This document shows, in pieces, positions 62,687-64,000 of a stretch of DNA of 64,000 nt; the stretch's first letter is position 1; each line of letters starts with the position of its first letter. Source of the stretch: a virus (Duplodnaviria; Caudoviricetes); the IMG/VR virus record IMGVR_UViG_3300035562_000082, positions 53,595 through 117,594 of that record, one strand, 5' to 3'. The position numbers were made by a program, and so were the translations under genes. The notes under the pieces are model-generated. The model was not told the DNA's origin, made no database searches, and saw only the letters and a list, made by a program, of their open reading frames with translations.

Positions 62687-63905
62687 GATCCCGATCGTGG
62701 GGGTGTTCACCGATGATCCAGTGAATTTCCCGGATTGTCTGGCGGTGTTGACCGGCAGGAGCGTTAGACCATGGCCGGACACCGGGAAGCTCAAGCCGGT
62801 GTTGGGCACCGCGCTTTATTGGACGGACAAATCCGAATCGGCGACGGTTGAGAACTACAAGCTGTTGGTTGTTAATCAACAGCAGTTGGTGGTGTTGAAC
62901 CCCGAGAAGCGATCGAGCCTGATCTTCGACGCCGGGGTGTTCCCCACGCCCGAACTGTCGGTGCGCGAGTACCTGAAGCCGTTTGTCAAAGAACAGGATC
63001 TGCCGCCGTTGTTGCTGGCGCTGAAGGGCCTGTCGCTGAAAACCGCGCAGGAGGTCGTGCAGTTGACGATGGTGCGTACAAACTCCGTGTTGCCGGCGGA
63101 GGTCCGACGTACACGCACGTTGGTCAGCGGTGCGATTCAGGGACTTCAGCCGCTGGACACTGACTTGGACTTCTACATTCCGCCCCCGCAGTTAACCCAG
63201 TGGTTTGGACTGAATGACGCGTATTTCTTGAACCCCAAGACGCCGTTGAAGCTCGTGCCCCGAGGGCTGTTGTTCTCCGGTAGTCCGGGCGTGGGCAAGA
63301 GCTTGGCCGCCCGTGCGATCGCCCAGCACTACAAGATCCCGCTTTTTCGACTGGACGTGGGTGCGGCGTTGAACAAGTACATCGGGGAGAGCGAAAGCCG
63401 GATCAGCCGTAGTCTGTCGATGATCGAACGCGAGAGCCCGTGTGTGATGTTGGTGGACGAGGTGGAGAAGATCTTCACCCAACATCATGAGGATGATTCG
63501 GGGGTGACGCTGCGGATTCTCGGGCAGTTGCTATGGTGGTTGTCCGATCATCGATCGCGGGTGCTGACGGTCATGACCACCAACAACATGGAGCAGATTC
63601 CATCGGAGTTGTATCGGCCAGGGCGTGTGGATCGTGTGGTGGACATTCAGAAGCTGAGTATGGCCGAGGCCAAGGTCTTTGCGTTCGAGGTTTATCGAAA
63701 CATCATGCCCACGGCGTTGACGGCCCAGCGTAAGCAAAAGCTGGAGGCCGGGTTGGTGACGAAAATGAAGTCCCCGATTTACGTCGTGGCGGGTAAGCCG
63801 TTGGAGAACCAGTATTTCTCGCACTCGGAAGTCGCGGACATGGTGTACGAGCAGATCAAGATCAACCACTGGTATCCGCTTAATGCTTTGGAGACCCTAG
63901 CATGA
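62661..63905 (+). CDS. AAA+ ATPase (Ycf46-like)
   Basis: Walker A GSPGVGKS, KYIGESE, Walker B MLVDEVEK, SRH TTN...ELYRPGRVD. Confidence 0.88.
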   Translation: MFNEALLAKIPIVGVFTDDPVNFPDCLAVLTGRSVRPWPDTGKLKPVLGTALYWTDKSESATVENYKLLVVNQQQLVVLNPEKRSSLIFDAGVFPTPELSVREYLKPFVKEQDLPPLLLALKGLSLKTAQEVVQLTMVRTNSVLPAEVRRTRTLVSGAIQGLQPLDTDLDFYIPPPQLTQWFGLNDAYFLNPKTPLKLVPRGLLFSGSPGVGKSLAARAIAQHYKIPLFRLDVGAALNKYIGESESRISRSLSMIERESPCVMLVDEVEKIFTQHHEDDSGVTLRILGQLLWWLSDHRSRVLTVMTTNNMEQIPSELYRPGRVDRVVDIQKLSMAEAKVFAFEVYRNIMPTALTAQRKQKLEAGLVTKMKSPIYVVAGKPLENQYFSHSEVADMVYEQIKINHWYPLNALETLA

Positions 63906-64000
63906 GCAATATCACGGTGAAGATGAAGGACGGAACTACCAGAGTGTTCAAACACGAAGGTCGATCGGGTGGGAGCTACACAAAGACCGTGACATACGAG
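63902..64000 (+). CDS. 3'-partial hypothetical protein
   Basis: ATGA overlap with the ATPase stop; open to the window end. Confidence 0.5.
   Translation, partial: MSNITVKMKDGTTRVFKHEGRSGGSYTKTVTYE

Noticed and set aside
1-64000. Alternative genetic code, or prophage boundaries
   Set aside because: Genes are full length in the standard code with all three stops used; no host housekeeping genes, integrase or att site seen. Terminase and helicase presumably lie outside the window

Overview
This window is a 64 kb part of a tailed (siphovirus-type) phage genome. Spanins, a type IV pilin and sigma70/sigma54 promoters point to a Gram-negative, probably beta/gamma-proteobacterial host. Nearly all genes are on the + strand. 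In order: a 5'-truncated polyvalent protein (ParB-like, zincin, RelA/SpoT); an early module with a truncated PPDK-like phosphotransferase, two CX5R phosphatases, a CsrA-like protein, a wHTH protein and an HNH nuclease; small ORFs; family A DNA polymerase; a minus-strand type IV pilin cassette; portal; a 1508 aa MuF polyprotein (GNAT, topoisomerase IB, Acb1-like 2H phosphodiesterase, intein-interrupted MuF); a first spanin pair; XkdF-like protease, scaffold and capsid; neck and tail genes (frameshifted chaperone, tape measure, tip proteins, LamG hub protein, many accessory fibre proteins, methyltransferase-DUF115 fusion); the lysis cassette with a second spanin pair; and an AAA ATPase. No terminase, integrase, helicase, tRNA or CRISPR array was recognised. 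Main observations: (1) an Ala1 intein with a DUF559/Vsr-like endonuclease ORF nested on its antisense strand; (2) two cargo polyproteins whose domains are separated by a shared Lys + 'D-x-x-G-R-[FW]' tag, suggesting protease-released injected effectors; (3) a 12-bp near-palindrome GCAATTGATTGC dispersed every few kb; (4) a phage pilin with an intact sigma54 promoter and enhancer-like palindromes. All family assignments come from motifs recognised by eye; no database searches were run.
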